Shown here: one piece after another, positions 62,890 to 64,000 of the stretch | How the letters are laid out: every line of letters starts with the position of its first letter | How positions within the stretch are numbered: position 1 is the first letter of the stretch | NCBI GenBank assembly: GCA_028534125.1 | Contig: CM052818.1 | Span: forward strand, 48,176,001-48,240,000 | Direction: 5' to 3' | DNA length: 64,000 nt | DNA from: Lama glama | Lineage: Eukaryota | Position numbers and translations under genes: made by a program | Notes under the pieces: generated by a model | What the model saw: the letters and a program-made list of their open reading frames with translations, nothing else | What the model was told of the DNA's origin: nothing | Database searches by the model: none

Positions 62890-63360
62890 GTGTGTGGGTC
62901 AAGGCTCCCCAGAAAAGTAGAACTGATAGGAGAGAGAGAGAGAGAGAGAAGATAGATAGATGATAGATAGACAGATAGATAGCTAGAGATATAGAGTTAT
63001 TTAGTATAGGATTAGGCCAAGTCCCACCATCTGCTGTCTTCAAGCTGGAGAACCAGAAGTCCATTCTGAGTCAGAAGACTCAAGAACCAAGAGCACTGGT
63101 ATCTCAGGGCAGGAGACAGTGAAGTCCCTACTCAAGCAAAGAATGAGTTTGCCCTTCCTGTGCCTTTTTATTCCACCCAGACCATTACAGTGTGGCTGGT
63201 GCCCACCTCAACGCCGAGGGCAATCTTCCTTCCTCAGTCTATGGATTTAAATGCTATTCTCTTCTTAAAACACCCTACAGACACAGCCGGAAACCATGTC
63301 TTACCATCTCTTTGGCATCCTTTAGCCCAGTCAAGCTGACACATGAAATCAACCATCATG
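62890..63360 (-). mobile_element. ERVL-type solo LTR (MLT2-like) containing a (GA)n/(GATA)n microsatellite
   Basis: ggctccccagaaaagtagaactgatagga(GA)n(GATA)n...ccatctgctgtcttcaagctggagaaccag...ttaaatgctattctcttc...aaacaccctacagacac...gcccagtcaagctgacacatgaaatcaaccatca. Confidence 0.8.
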
Positions 63361-63760
63361 ATATGTTCAAAAATATTATTATTTAATTAATCATCATGCA
63401 GTCTCAATAATTGATGTTATCAGGGTATATTTTATTTTCAAAATGTTTTCAAGTGAAAAAAAGCCTAAGACAATAGACCAAGGGATACAAAATGTTTCTC
63501 TCTCTTTATTCTTATCTATATGTTCTGTTTGTATATAATTAATGTATTATTGTACAATAACATAGTTTATAGAACCCTAAAAAGTGTTTTCAAAAGTCTG
63601 CTATGCAAGTGAAGAGGACCCTGACACCCATAATAGAGTAATCCTGTGCTATGTGGGAGCGAAGAGCTTGCACTGCAGTGATGAACATAAGTGTGAGTCC
63701 CTGCTCTGCTGAACACATACTTACTGTAAATCCTTGGGCAGGACAATTTAACCTCTTTAA

Positions 63761-64000
63761 ATCATCTCACACCAGTCAGAATGGCCATCATTCAAAAGTC
63801 CACAAATGACAAATGCTGGAGAGGCTGTGGAGAAAAGGGAACCCTCCTTCACTGCTGGTGGGAATGCAGTTTGGTGCAGCCACTGTGGAAAACAGTATGG
63901 AGATTCCTCAAAAGACTAGGAATAGACTTACCGTATGACCCAGCAATCCTGCTCCTGGGCATATATCCAGAAGGAACCCTACTTCAAAATGACACCTGCA
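63761..64000 (+). mobile_element. Young 5'-truncated L1 with an open ORF2 C-terminal Cys-rich domain (runs off the window), inserted in a MIR
   Basis: 63763-63999 translates without stops: [79 protein letters not shown]. Confidence 0.93.

Noticed and set aside
1..64000. CRISPR array, operon or other prokaryote-type system; naming the neighbouring gene
   Set aside because: No regularly spaced repeat-spacer array or gene-dense organisation; the sequence is mammalian and TE-rich. No exon is present that would let me name the locus.

Overview
This is mammalian genomic DNA, most likely from a camelid (camel/alpaca/llama). The taxon is inferred from a Vic-1-type tRNA-derived SINE and cetartiodactyl-type L1 3' ends. 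I recognise no intact protein-coding exon, RNA gene or prokaryote-type system. The window reads as intergenic or intronic DNA rich in old and young transposable elements (L1, L2, MIR, MaLR/ERVL LTRs, hAT-Charlie MERs). The one gene-derived feature is a decayed, intronless cTAGE5 (MIA2 locus) retrocopy on the minus strand (~53.5-56.3 kb). It spans N-terminus to A-rich tail, appears to come from an exon-skipped isoform, and is split by an old L1MC-type insertion with a target-site duplication (TSD). About 2 kb upstream of its 5' end lies a CpG island with no recognisable coding exon, bordered by a homeodomain/POU/RFX/NF-Y motif cluster. Several other non-repetitive blocks carry developmental-enhancer-like motif clusters, and there is one strong CTCF site. 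Repeat-family names and protein comparisons come from recalled consensus sequences, not database searches, so subfamily names and boundaries are approximate.
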